From Chiloscyllium plagiosum (taxonomy: Eukaryota): a stretch of 34,653 bases of DNA. A program made the translations under genes and the position numbers. Location: contig NW_025214638.1 in assembly GCF_004010195.1 (NCBI RefSeq), forward strand, positions 13,209-47,861. The letters run 5' to 3'. This document shows positions 24,774 through 34,653 of the stretch, piece after piece. The notes beneath the pieces were generated by a model, which saw only the letters and a list, made by a program, of their open reading frames with translations, had not been told where the DNA came from and searched no databases. Numbering within the stretch: the stretch's first letter is position 1; each line of letters starts with the position of its first letter.

Positions 24774-25021
24774 GGGTTTCTTTCTCTGTCTCTCCTGCAC
24801 TGATCTCACCATGTGCTGCTTTTGTCTGGTCCTCTCCCTTTTAATAGTGCCGTTATTTTAACATTGTTTTTGCTCCAATTTTCCAAAACAATGCAACAGC
24901 ATATAAAACAATAATTGCTGCCCCTGGAATTTGAGAAAATCACCTCCAACACCAAGAAAGGAGCAGCCTGTTACAGCCAGAAATTGTTCCTATCCTCTAT
25001 CTTGGATTACCAGAATCCTTC

Positions 25022-25112
25022 ACAGTTTATATTGTAATTTGTAGTTATTAACATGAGCAGTATAACCTGAACTGAACTGTAAATAGCTCTCTGAGGATTC
25101 CATGTAATTTGT
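25022..25112. repeat. Terminal monomer(s) of the 70-bp satellite
   Basis: The satellite resumes roughly in register beyond the CR1 insertion. Confidence 0.85.
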
Positions 25113-26327
25113 TTCATAACAGATAAACTCCTCCACTTTGTCTCAATAAAGCTGAGAGTTCGTTCACACTCAGTTCTGCTGCCAAGTCTGCTCCAGCCTG
25201 GAAAGTCGTGTCAACCGCATTGAATCAGACAATGCTTAGTGTCAATCCAGGATGGGAGCGAAACTACACTCCCTCAGCTCTGACTCCATCCTCTCCCTTA
25301 AACTAATTCAGCAGGTGGATTGAAACCTAAATTGTAGTTCTAGTATAGAGGAGATTGAGAGTAGAGAGGTCCAACATAAGGTTTCAGGGTCATAAGAGGC
25401 ACCAGCAAGCAAAATATTGTGTGAAGTCTGTGAATCCAGAAGAAGATGGGTGAACTTGCAAGCATGGGTTGGTACCTGGGATTTAGATGCTGTGGCCATT
25501 TCGGAGACATGAGTAGAGCAGGGAAATGAATGATTGTTGCCGATTTCATGATTTAGATGTTTCAGTAAGAACAGAGAAGATTATAAAAGGTAGGGGTGGT
25601 GTGGCACTGCTAGTCAAGGACAGTATTAGGGCTGCAGATGGACGTTTGAGGACTCATCAACTGAGGTAGTATGAGATGAGATTAGAAACAGGAAAGGAGA
25701 GATCACTCTGTTGGGAGTTTTCTATAAGCCTGCGAATAGTTCCAGAGATTTTGAGAAAAGGATAACAAACATTACTCTTGATAGGAGCGAGTGTGACAGT
25801 GTAGGTGTTATGGGGGACTTCAACTTCCCTAATATTGACTGGGAAGACTATAGTTCAAGTACTTTAGATGGGTCAGTTTTTGTCCATTGTGTGAAGAAGG
25901 GATTTCTGATGCAGTACGTAGAGAGGTCAACAAGGGATGAGGCCACATTAGATTTGATACTGGGTCATGAACATGGCCAGGTGTTAGATTTGGTGGTAGG
26001 TGAGCATATTGGTAATAGTGAAAACAATTCAGTTATATTTACTTTAGAGATGGAGAGGGATGGGTACATACTGGAGGGCAAGAGCTATAGCTGGGGGGAA
26101 GCAACAATGACATGATTCAGAAAGACTTAGGATGCATAGGATGGGGAAGGAAAGTGCAAGGGATGGGCACAATGGAAATATGCAGCTTATTCAAGAAACA
26201 AATAATGCATGCACTTGGTAAGTATGTACCTGTCAGACAGGGAGGAAGTTGACGAGCACAGGAGCCATGGTTTACTCAGAAAGTTTAACCTCATGACAAG
26301 AGGAAGAAGAAGGCTTATGTTAGGATA

Positions 26328-27057
26328 TGTGTGGTGAATTTGTACTTGCAGAGTTACATTGCACTTTGCTCAAAAACTGCATACATTCATGTAGAACTCT
26401 GAGCTCAAAAACTGCATGAATTTATGTAAAACTCTGTTATCTCACTTTTTAGATTAGAATCAATCTAAACATCAGGTCATAGACAGAGAACACAGGGGGC
26501 TAACACCTTCAACATATTCTGGATCAGTGGTGCTGAAAGAGCACAGCAATCCAGGCAGCATCCGACGAGCAGCAAAATCGATGTTTCAGGCAAAAGCCCT
26601 TCATCAGGAATAAAGCTTTATTCCTGATGAAGGGCTTTTGCCCGAAACGTCGATTTTGCTGCTCGTCGGATGCTGCCTGAATTGCTGTGCTCTTCCAGCA
26701 CCACTGATCCAGAATCTGGTTTCCAGCATCTGCAGTCATTGTTTTTACCTTCAACATATTGTCTAGCTATCACCATTGTTAAAGCTAACCCGAGAATGCA
26801 ACTTTTAAAAAAAGGGTTTCGTGATTTACACATGAAAGAAGTGAAACTATCACTGTACTCTAACAGATGAAAGGCTTAACAGACAATCAATTTTTCAATG
26901 TATAATTTCAGTTACATCACACTGCAAATTTTTGCTATAAGTTCTGTGTTACAATCGAGCCCTCCACAATCACCTGATGAAGGATCGTCGCTCCAAAAGC
27001 TAGTGTGCTTCCAATTAAACCTGTTGGACAATAACCTGGTATTGTGTCATTTTTAAC
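26328..27057 (+). mobile_element. Penelope family B 3' UTR/pLTR insertion
   Basis: Perfect 12-bp TSD TATGTTAGGATA (26316-26327, 27058-27069); degenerate hammerhead at 26971-27005. Confidence 0.9.
26519..26746. mobile_element. Palindromic double-hammerhead A' mini-element nested in family B
   Basis: Spacer-less inverted repeat 26517-26714 centred on AAAGCTTT; 14-bp TSD ACCTTCAACATATT (26505-26518, 26747-26760); intact + hammerhead at 26620-26655. Confidence 0.9.
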
Positions 27058-27219
27058 TATGTTAGGATAAGATGTGAAGGCTCAGTTAGGGCAGGTGAAG
27101 AGTTATAAGTTAGCCAGGAAAGACCTAAAGACAGAGCTAAGACAAGCGAGGAAGGGACATGAGAATTTGTTGGTGGATAGGATCAAGGATAATCCTAAAG
27201 ATTACTACAGGTACATCGG

Positions 27220-27868
27220 TGTAGGAATAGATTTACTAATCCACGATAGGCCCACAAAAGCAAATTGGCCAAATTGTACCAGAACACCCAGACTTCCCGA
27301 GCAGCTCACAAACTGGATCTGACAGCATGCAGACTGTAAGCTCCCATGGACATGACAGAGCACCACAGATATGTCAAAGCCCTAAGGGCAGTTTCACAAC
27401 CCAACAATACCAAAGCTACACAAAAAAAAGGACAGACAGACAGGCACCAGCAAAGGACATGCTCCAGGAACAGGACAATGGAAGCACCTCACCACTCCAG
27501 AAGAGACTTTAACACCTACCTGTGGAAATGAATGGAGCCATGATACATGATGTTGCATTGTGTGAAGGAACAGGGCATTCATCCGATTAAACTGTTTTCC
27601 AGTCAGCACACTTGTAACTAAATTACTCCATTTCCACAAACATTGTAGTTTCCCATTTCTTAATCAGTGTCATTGTGCAGCATTATTATAAAACTGGTCT
27701 CAACCTCAGCCCTGGGAGAAGACATCTGATCTGTCTGTGCAGACTATCAGTTCTGTGTCAGCTCGTCTGTTTTCTCATCCAGCCATATCGCTTGCAATAA
27801 ACTGTTTGTCAATTTTACTCCGAGCTGTGTTTTGTGATCTCGAACCTATTGGGCAAATTTCTCCGACA
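27220..27868 (+). mobile_element. ERV 5' LTR
   Basis: TGTAGGA...TCCGACA termini, TATAAAA at 27687, AATAAA at 27796, followed by TGGCG at 27872 (PBS-like) and GGTAAG splice-donor-like site at ~27907. Confidence 0.75.
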
Positions 27869-28860
27869 GTTTGGCGTTAGACCCCTTTTCTTTTATTTCA
27901 CAACAGGGTAAGCGAACCTCTCATTTTAAATTTAACCCAATTGGTACCTGGTGGCTAGCCTTGCCCAGCGGGTCAGACCAGAAAGGCTGAACGAAGGCAG
28001 AAGTTGGCCACAATTCTGATCTGCAGCGAATTTGGCTTCAGCTACTGCAATTTGGAATGTGAGTAGTGACCCTTGCCTAGGGAGGTTGGCATTGGACTCT
28101 TCAATTGCTGCCAGCTCAGGCAGTCTGGTAAGCGGCTAAATTAATTTTCAAATTTAACTAATTGGCAGCCGACTGCTCCTGCAATTTGGAACGTGAGTAG
28201 TGACTCTGGCCTGTGGAGGTGAACACTTGGCTCCTAAATTGTTAAATGAATTTTAAGCTGCCACGTCTGGGCCTGAGGAGGTGGTCTGATGGGAAAGTAA
28301 GTTAATTGGCAGCTAGTAATTCGGTACTACACAGAGTGGACTGGACTTGTGGAAGTCGTCACCTGTGCTACATTAATTACCTGAAATTTTACAACAAACT
28401 TAATTTGGCCCACGCGTGATTCACCTTGAGTCAGAACTGCTGTCATGAACCTGTTCTAGCCAGGAGAAAGATGGTCGGGCAGAGAAAGTTAGTCACAATA
28501 CGTGGAGAGACCGTTCGTCAAATTCTCACTTTGCTACCGATGCATCTATCGAATTCAATCGAACAAAATTGACTTGGGCCTAGCTGTGTTGTCTTGTCCT
28601 GTGGTGTTTCAGTGTTTGCTTTGGGTGCGTCAGCTTGTTCTGTGCTTACTGAGTACTGCTTCGTAAATTTCAGGTGTCCGTTTTGGTTGTGTTTGTTCAG
28701 CGCTGAAGTGTTTGTTTACTTTGTGGTCAGCGATTACACGCTTGAGTAACTTTTATTGCCTAGCCTGTCAATCACTGGCTGTGTTCTGTTAGCTCTCTGT
28801 TTATTTTCCCTCGAAACCTAATACAGCACTTAGAAATCATCCCAAGCGGTCCAGGACGCC

Positions 28861-30148
28861 ATGGGGTCACGGACATCCATCATCTGCCGGGAGATGCCAG
28901 CTATGGGAGCTGGGCAACCTCAACCACGTGGTGAGAACGGCCCAGGGCCGAAAATGAATAAGAGTACGCTGTAAAGGCATCGTAAATACGTTGACTGCAA
29001 GAACAAGGTAGGAGATGCTCTTGTTACACCTGGGCCACCGGCAGACAATGTGCTAAAATACACAGGGGATAGCTGTTACGTTATCCCCTTCACAAGGGAC
29101 CTTTAAACCTGGTCCCATATGAACTGGCCATATTTGGGGGGGTGGGGGGGTTCTTCAAAATTGATAAAATTGATTACTGGACCATGGCTGTGGGAAATAG
29201 AACCCACTCACTTCAATAATTTCAGTCCAAGACAAGATCTGAAGCAGCAGTATCGTTTATTACACTCTTGCAAGAGTGGTGTCTACAAGGTAGGCACACC
29301 GAGTTTAACGAGTACACAACTCTTATACAATTCATTTCTCCTTTTGTCCTCCCATTGCTCCTCCCTTGTTTACATCTCCCACTACTCTAAACCCGGCATC
29401 CATTATTCTTGTTTATCTCTTGCCTGTTCAGCCTTGTGCATGACAAAATGCAGGTTTTGCTTGGCTGTTTCACCACATCCCTCGGTGGTCTATTGTTAGC
29501 ATATATCCTCCTTCACTGCCATCTGCTTCCTTGCTTGCTAAAGCAACATTTCCTCCAATTTTTTGCCCACACTAGGCCTTACGACCTCTTGATTGTGGAT
29601 ATTTTTGTTTTGTTTTGCATAAGCATGAAACAGATGCTTATAAGTCTTTGTACAAGCATATATTGCTGAACCTACCCCCCCCCCCACCCCCCCACCTTCA
29701 TGATTCAGCCTTGAGAATTTTGCAGACAACAACATTTTTAATTGCTCCTCACAATAGCCATTACGGGGTGGGGGGTTGGGGGGAGGCACGAGGATACCTC
29801 ATGGGACACTATCTACATGTTACAATGTCTTGCAAAATTTCAGGACATTGCCAAACACCACCAGTCCCTGAAGTTAAAGACTGCAGCAATAAAACCCCAA
29901 TGGCAGAGACCCCTACCACCCCAGGCACAGCCCCACTGCCCTACACCCCGCAATACCCTAAACTTCCCTACCGGCCCCAGAACCAGACCCCGCTGCTAAA
30001 TGAAGTGGCTGCCTTTGTTACCATGCAGCCCACGAGAAGCTCGCAGCAGAATACAATAGCCGCTGAGCATTCTGAGTCATTGCCACTGCCCCACTCAGAC
30101 AATAAAGTCAGGCTCACATGCAGCACGACCGCTGCCTTGAAAAACCAG
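28861..30148 (+). pseudogene. gag: ERV gag N-terminal remnant (MA / late-domain region), interrupted by an antisense LTR
   Basis: GCCATGG start giving MGSRTS (myristoylation pattern); WP..G..FKIDKI; Pro-rich GTAPLPYTPQYPKL. Confidence 0.6.
29189..29565 (-). mobile_element. Second-family LTR (29189-29548) with PPT-like tract, antisense inside gag
   Basis: Minus strand: CAAAAAATTGGAGGAAA, then TG start, TATAAG (~29325), AATAAA (29256-29261), ending CCCACA. Confidence 0.55.
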
Positions 30149-30614
30149 GTTAAAAATCACACAACACCAGGTCATAGTCCAACAGGTTTAATTGGAAGCA
30201 CGCTAGCTTTCGGAGTGTCACTCCTTCATTAGGTGATAGTGGAGGGCTCAATCCTAACACGCAGAATTTATAGCAAAAATTTACAGTGTGATGTAACTGA
30301 AATTATACATTGAAATATTGATTGTCTGTTAAGTCTTTCGTCTGTTTGAATTCAATGATAGTTTCACTTCTTTCATGTGTAAATCACAAAACCTTTTTTT
30401 AAAAGGTTGCATTCTCAGGTTAGCTGTTAACAATGGTGATAGCCAGACAATATGTTGAAGGTGTCAGCCCCCTGTGTTCTCTGTCTATGCCATGATGTTT
30501 AGATTGATACTAATCTAAAAAGTGAGATAACGGAGTTTTACATGAATTCATGCAGTTTTTGAGCAAAGTACAATGTAACCCTGCAAGTACAAATTCACCC
30601 CACAAAATATATAT

Positions 30615-30815
30615 GCGTATGTGGGTCTTTGTCTGTCTGTGAATGTGTGTATCTGTCTGGTTGGTGAGTGTGAGAAAGTGTTTGTGTAATGAATATAGAG
30701 TGTCTTAATTCTGTGAGGTGGTGCATGTGTGAGTGTGCATGCCTGTAAGGGTGTGTGAGTATCTGTGTGTGTGTGTGAGTGCTTGTGTGTAGGAGTGTCT
30801 GTGTGTGTGTATAGT
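30615..30815. repeat. Degenerate (GT)n low-complexity tract in family B 3' UTR
   Basis: Interrupted TG dinucleotide runs. Confidence 0.8.
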
Positions 30816-31155
30816 GTAATGGTGGTCACCTGTAATGTGACATGAAACCAAGGTCCCGGTTGAGGCCCTCCCTATGGGTACCAAAATTAGCTATCAGCCT
30901 CTGCTCGGCCACTTTTCACTGCTGCCTGTCCCGAAGTCCGCCTTGGACGGTGGTCACCCAAAGGGCCGAGGTTGAATGTCATGGACCACTGAAGTGTTCC
31001 CCAACTGGGAGGGAACACTCCTGTCTGTTGATTGATGTGCAGTGCCCATTCATCCGTTGTTGTACCCTTTATTCAGTTTCCCCAATGTACCATGCCTCAG
31101 GGCATCCTTGCCTGCAACATATAAGATAGACAACATTGGCTGAGTCACATGAGTA

Positions 31156-33324
31156 GCTTCGAGGAGAAAGTGAGGTTTCTCCATCACCTCACCACGCCCA
31201 ACGTCACCCCCACGCCAATCTCGGTCCTAACCCCCACGCCCAACCCCGCCCACACTCCCAGCTCCAGCCCCACACCAGGTCCTAGCTCCCAGCCCCTGCC
31301 GTGTTTTCACCAACCCTCCAGAACTACCCCTCTCTGAGGATGAAAGATCAGTCCTCAGCAGAGGCCTCACCTTCATTCCCCTACGGTCTGGGATTAACGA
31401 GTTCAACATGCGGCGTGACATCGAACAATTCTTCCGCCGCCTTCGCCTCCTTCTTCAACCAAGACTCTCGCCCACCCTCTGACGACCCCTTCTCCCACCT
31501 CCAACACACCCCATCCACCTGGACACCCTGTGCTGGCCTCTTACCTGCCCTCAATCTCTTCATAGCCAACTGCCGCCGCAACATTAACCGCCTCAACTTC
31601 TCCACCCCTCTCACCCACTCCAACCTCTCACCCTCGGAACGTGCAGCCCTCCACTCTCTCCGTACCAACCCCAAACTCACTATCAAACCGGCAGACAAGG
31701 GAGGCGCGGTAGTAGTTTGGCGCACCGACCTTTACACCGCTGAGGCTAAATGCCAGTTCGCGGACACCTCCTCCTACTGCCCCCTTGACCTTGACCTTGA
31801 CCCCACCTCCCACCACCAAACCATCATCTCCCAGACCGTCCATAACCTCATCACCTCAGGGGATCTCCTATCCACCGCCTCCAACCTCATAGTCCCACAG
31901 CCCCACACCACCCATTTCTACCTCCTGCCCAAAATCCACAAACCTGACAGCCCCGGCAGANNNNNNNNNNNNNNNNNNNNNNNNNNNNNNNNNNNNNNNN
32001 NNNNNNNNNNNNNNNNNNNNNNNNNNNNNNNNNNNNNNNNNNNNNNNNNNNNNNNNNNNNNNNNNNNNNNNNNNNNNNNNNNNNNNNNNNNNNNNNNNNN
32101 NNNNNNNNNNNNNNNNNNNNNNNNNNNNNNNNNNNNNNNNNNNNNNNNNNNNNNNNNNNNNNNNNNNNNNNNNNNNNNNNNNNNNNNNNNNNNNNNNNNN
32201 NNNNNNNNNNNNNNNNNNNNNNNNNNNNNNNNNNNNNNNNNNNNNNNNNNNNNNNNNNNNNNNNNNNNNNNNNNNNNNNNNNNNNNNNNNNNNNNNNNNN
32301 NNNNNNNNNNNNNNNNNNNNNNNNNNNNNNNNNNNNNNNNNNNNNNNNNNNNNNNNNNNNNNNNNNNNNNNNNNNNNNNNNNNNNNNNNNNNNNNNNNNN
32401 NNNNNNNNNNNNNNNNNNNNNNNNNNNNNNNNNNNNNNNNNNNNNNNNNNNNNNNNNNNNNNNNNNNNNNNNNNNNNNNNNNNNNNNNNNNNNNNNNNNN
32501 NNNNNNNNNNNNNNNNNNNNNNNNNNNNNNNNNNNNNNNNNNNNNNNNNNNNNNNNNNNNNNNNNNNNNNNNNNNNNNNNNNNNNNNNNNNNNNNNNNNN
32601 NNNNNNNNNNNNNNNNNNNNNNNNGCAAGAAATGCAAAACTTGCGCCCACATCTCCCCCCTTACCTCCCTCCAAGGCCCCAAGGGATCCTTCCATATCCG
32701 CCACAAATTCACCTGCACCTCCACACACATCATTTATTGCATCCGCTGCACCCGATGTGGCCTCCTCTATATTGGGGAGACAGGCCACCTACTTGCGGAA
32801 CATTTCAGAGAACACCTCTGGGACACCTGGACCAACCAACCCAACCATCCCGTGGCTCAACACTTCAACTCCCCCTCCCACTCCACCAAGGACATGCAGG
32901 TCTTTGGACTCCATCATCGCCAGACCATAGCAACATGACGGTTGGAGGAAGAATGTCTCATATTCTGCCTCGGAACCCTCCAACCACAAGGGACGAGCTC
33001 AGATTTCTCCAGTTTCCTCATTTCCCCTCCCCCCACCTTGTCTCAGTCAAATCCCTCAAACTCAGCACCGCCTTCCTAACCTGCAATCTTCTTCCTGACC
33101 TCTCCGTCCCCACCCCACTGTGGCCTATCACCCTCACTTTGACCTCCTTCCACCTACCGCATTTCCAATGCCCCTCCCCCAAGTCCCTCCTCCCTATCTT
33201 TTATCTTAGCCTGCTGGACACACTTTCCTCATTCCTGAAGAAGGGCTTATGTCGGAAACGTCGATTCTCCTGTTCCTAGGATGCTGCCTGACCTGCTGCG
33301 CTTTTCCAGCAACACATTTTCAGC
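31156..33324 (+). mobile_element. Penelope-like family A nested in family B (N-gap 31961-32624)
   Basis: IKPADKGGAVVV, FYLLPKIHK, CKTC, IIYCIRC..LYIGETG; pLTR hammerhead at 33231-33266; 11-bp TSD TCACATGAGTA (31145-31155, 33325-33335). Confidence 0.92.
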
Positions 33325-34465
33325 TCACATGAGTACCTGCCATGTACAAGGTGGGAGGTGTCCCCACGCATAATGGTGGTATCTATGTCCACATTCTGAC
33401 ACGTCTTGCAGCGCCTACTGTGACAGCGTTGTATGGAAATGTCCCGAGAGCCGGGCAGCTTGCTACGAACAATGATCTGCTTGAGGTTTGGTGGTTGTTT
33501 AAAGGCAAATAGTGGAGGTGTGGGGAAGGTCTTGGTGAGGTGCTCATCCTCATTGATAATGTGTTGCAGGTCAAGAAGAACATGACGTAGTTTTTCATCT
33601 CCTGGGAAATACTGAACACCTGTCAGTTGCAACACGTGTCGTCATTACAATTCCTTGCTGTGGCACGTTGGAACTGGTGGTCGATGAGTTGGGCATTGTA
33701 CCCCGTCCTTTTGAGGGATCCCTGAGTACTTCCAGGTGTCCATCACGTTCCTCCTTATCTGAGCAGATCCGGTGTACGGGTAGGGCTTGTCCATCGGGGA
33801 TGGCTGTTTTAATATGTTTTGGGCGGAAACTGGAGCAGTATAGCATTGTGAGGATGTCTGTAGGTTTGCGGTAGAGTGTGGTGCTGAGGTGTCCATCCTT
33901 GATGGAGATGCATGTATCCCAGAATGAGACAGATAGTCGATAGTAATCCATGGTGAGTTTGATGGTGGGATGAAACTTGTTGATATCACTGTGCAGTTTT
34001 ATCAGTGACTCCTCGCCATAAGTCCAGAGGAAGAAAATGTCATCAATGTACCTGGTGTATAATGTTGGTTGGAGATACCGCATAGAGAAGAAGTCTTGTT
34101 TGAACCTGTGCATAAAAATGTTGGCATATTGGGGTGCAAATTTGGTCCCCATGGCTGTTTTATGTGTCTGGATGAACAACTGGTTGTCAAAGGTGAAGAC
34201 ATGATCAAGGATAAAGCGGATGAGTTGTAGGATTATGTTTGGAGATTGGCTGTTGTTGGTGTTGAGTACTTCGGCTGTTGTTGTGATGCCATCACTGTGG
34301 GGGATGCTGGTGTAGAGTGCAGAAACGTCCATTGTGATGAGGAATGTTCCCGGTTCGACTGATCCATGGGTGCTAAGTTTCTGTAAGAAATCTGTAGTTT
34401 CGTGACAGAAGCTGGGGATCCCCTGTACAATAGGTTTCAAGAATCCAAATCCTAAAAAAACCAGG

Positions 34466-34627
34466 ACACTGGATGCCAGTTTCCATGCATTTTGCTTGGA
34501 CCTACTCCCCTTGATAAGCCCTGGACCCATGCAGGATGCCCCAGACCCATTGCAAAGTCCACTCGCATTTTATAATTGGCTGCTACAAATTTCCACCATT
34601 TACAACTGTCTTCCACAAGATGTGCGA
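34466..34627 (+). pseudogene. gag: ERV gag capsid N-terminal remnant (continuation after the Penelope insertion)
   Basis: KPWT.. and APDPLQSPLAFYNWLLQISTIYNCLPQDVR resemble the start of gamma-type p30; the TSD links it to 30148. Confidence 0.6.
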
Positions 34628-34653
34628 TAGGGTTAGGGTTAGGGTTAGGGTTA
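34628..34653 (+). repeat. Vertebrate telomeric repeat (TTAGGG)n at window end
   Basis: TAGGG-TTAGGG-TTAGGG-TTAGGG-TTA, perfect, G-strand running toward the end. Confidence 0.9.

Larger units (their letters stand above)
21045..25020 (-). mobile_element. Near-full-length degenerate CR1-like LINE (5' UTR, ORF1 esterase-like, APE, RT, tail)
   Basis: ORF 21955-22650 is the RT region; 23522-23725 NAWLRSWC..GF..LDHW..LHLN..G (CR1 ORF1 SGNH-like); (CTCTATGA)n tail at 21045. Confidence 0.9.
25298..27219 (+). mobile_element. CR1-like LINE (ORF1 end, APE endonuclease, tether), interrupted
   Basis: MGDFNFPNIDW and ATLDLIL motifs; homologous to 1205-1580. Confidence 0.88.
30149..34450 (-). mobile_element. 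Penelope-like family B, 5'-truncated (RT, Cys motif, GIY-YIG, 3' UTR, pLTR)
   Basis: MDVSALYTSIPH, AMGTKFAPQYANIFM, RYIDDIF, RCHSRRCKTC, NVVYLICC..WYIGET..GLNRD (stop ~30826); TSD AAAAACCAGG (30140-30149, 34456-34465); hammerhead 30201-30235 with CTAATGA mutation. Confidence 0.92.

Noticed and set aside
25113..25297. Possible ribozyme or LTR fragment (GGATGG..CCATCC, CGAAAC, AATAAAGCT)
   Set aside because: Lacks CTGANGA and defined termini; too little evidence to call.

Overview
Vertebrate, repeat-saturated DNA with no recognisable host gene. The repeat inventory (CR1-type LINEs, tRNA-derived V-domain SINEs of the shark HE1 type) suggests a shark, by inference. Contents: (1) many degenerate CR1-like LINE pieces, one near full length; (2) at least three Penelope-like (RT + GIY-YIG) retroelement families, whose 3' pseudo-LTRs carry about 16 minimal hammerhead ribozyme motifs, often as short TSD-flanked or palindromic mini-insertions; (3) a ~100-copy 70-bp satellite (~11.9-21.0 kb, resuming at ~25.0 kb); (4) two degraded gamma/epsilon-like endogenous retroviruses that the ORF track captures only as short fragments, one on the minus strand at 4.7-7.3 kb (gag CA/NC, RNase H, integrase, env TM, PPT, LTR) and one on the plus strand from 27.2 kb (LTR, leader, gag). 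The capsid region of the second is cut off directly by (TTAGGG)n at the end of the window. There are two N-gaps, both inside copies of one Penelope family.
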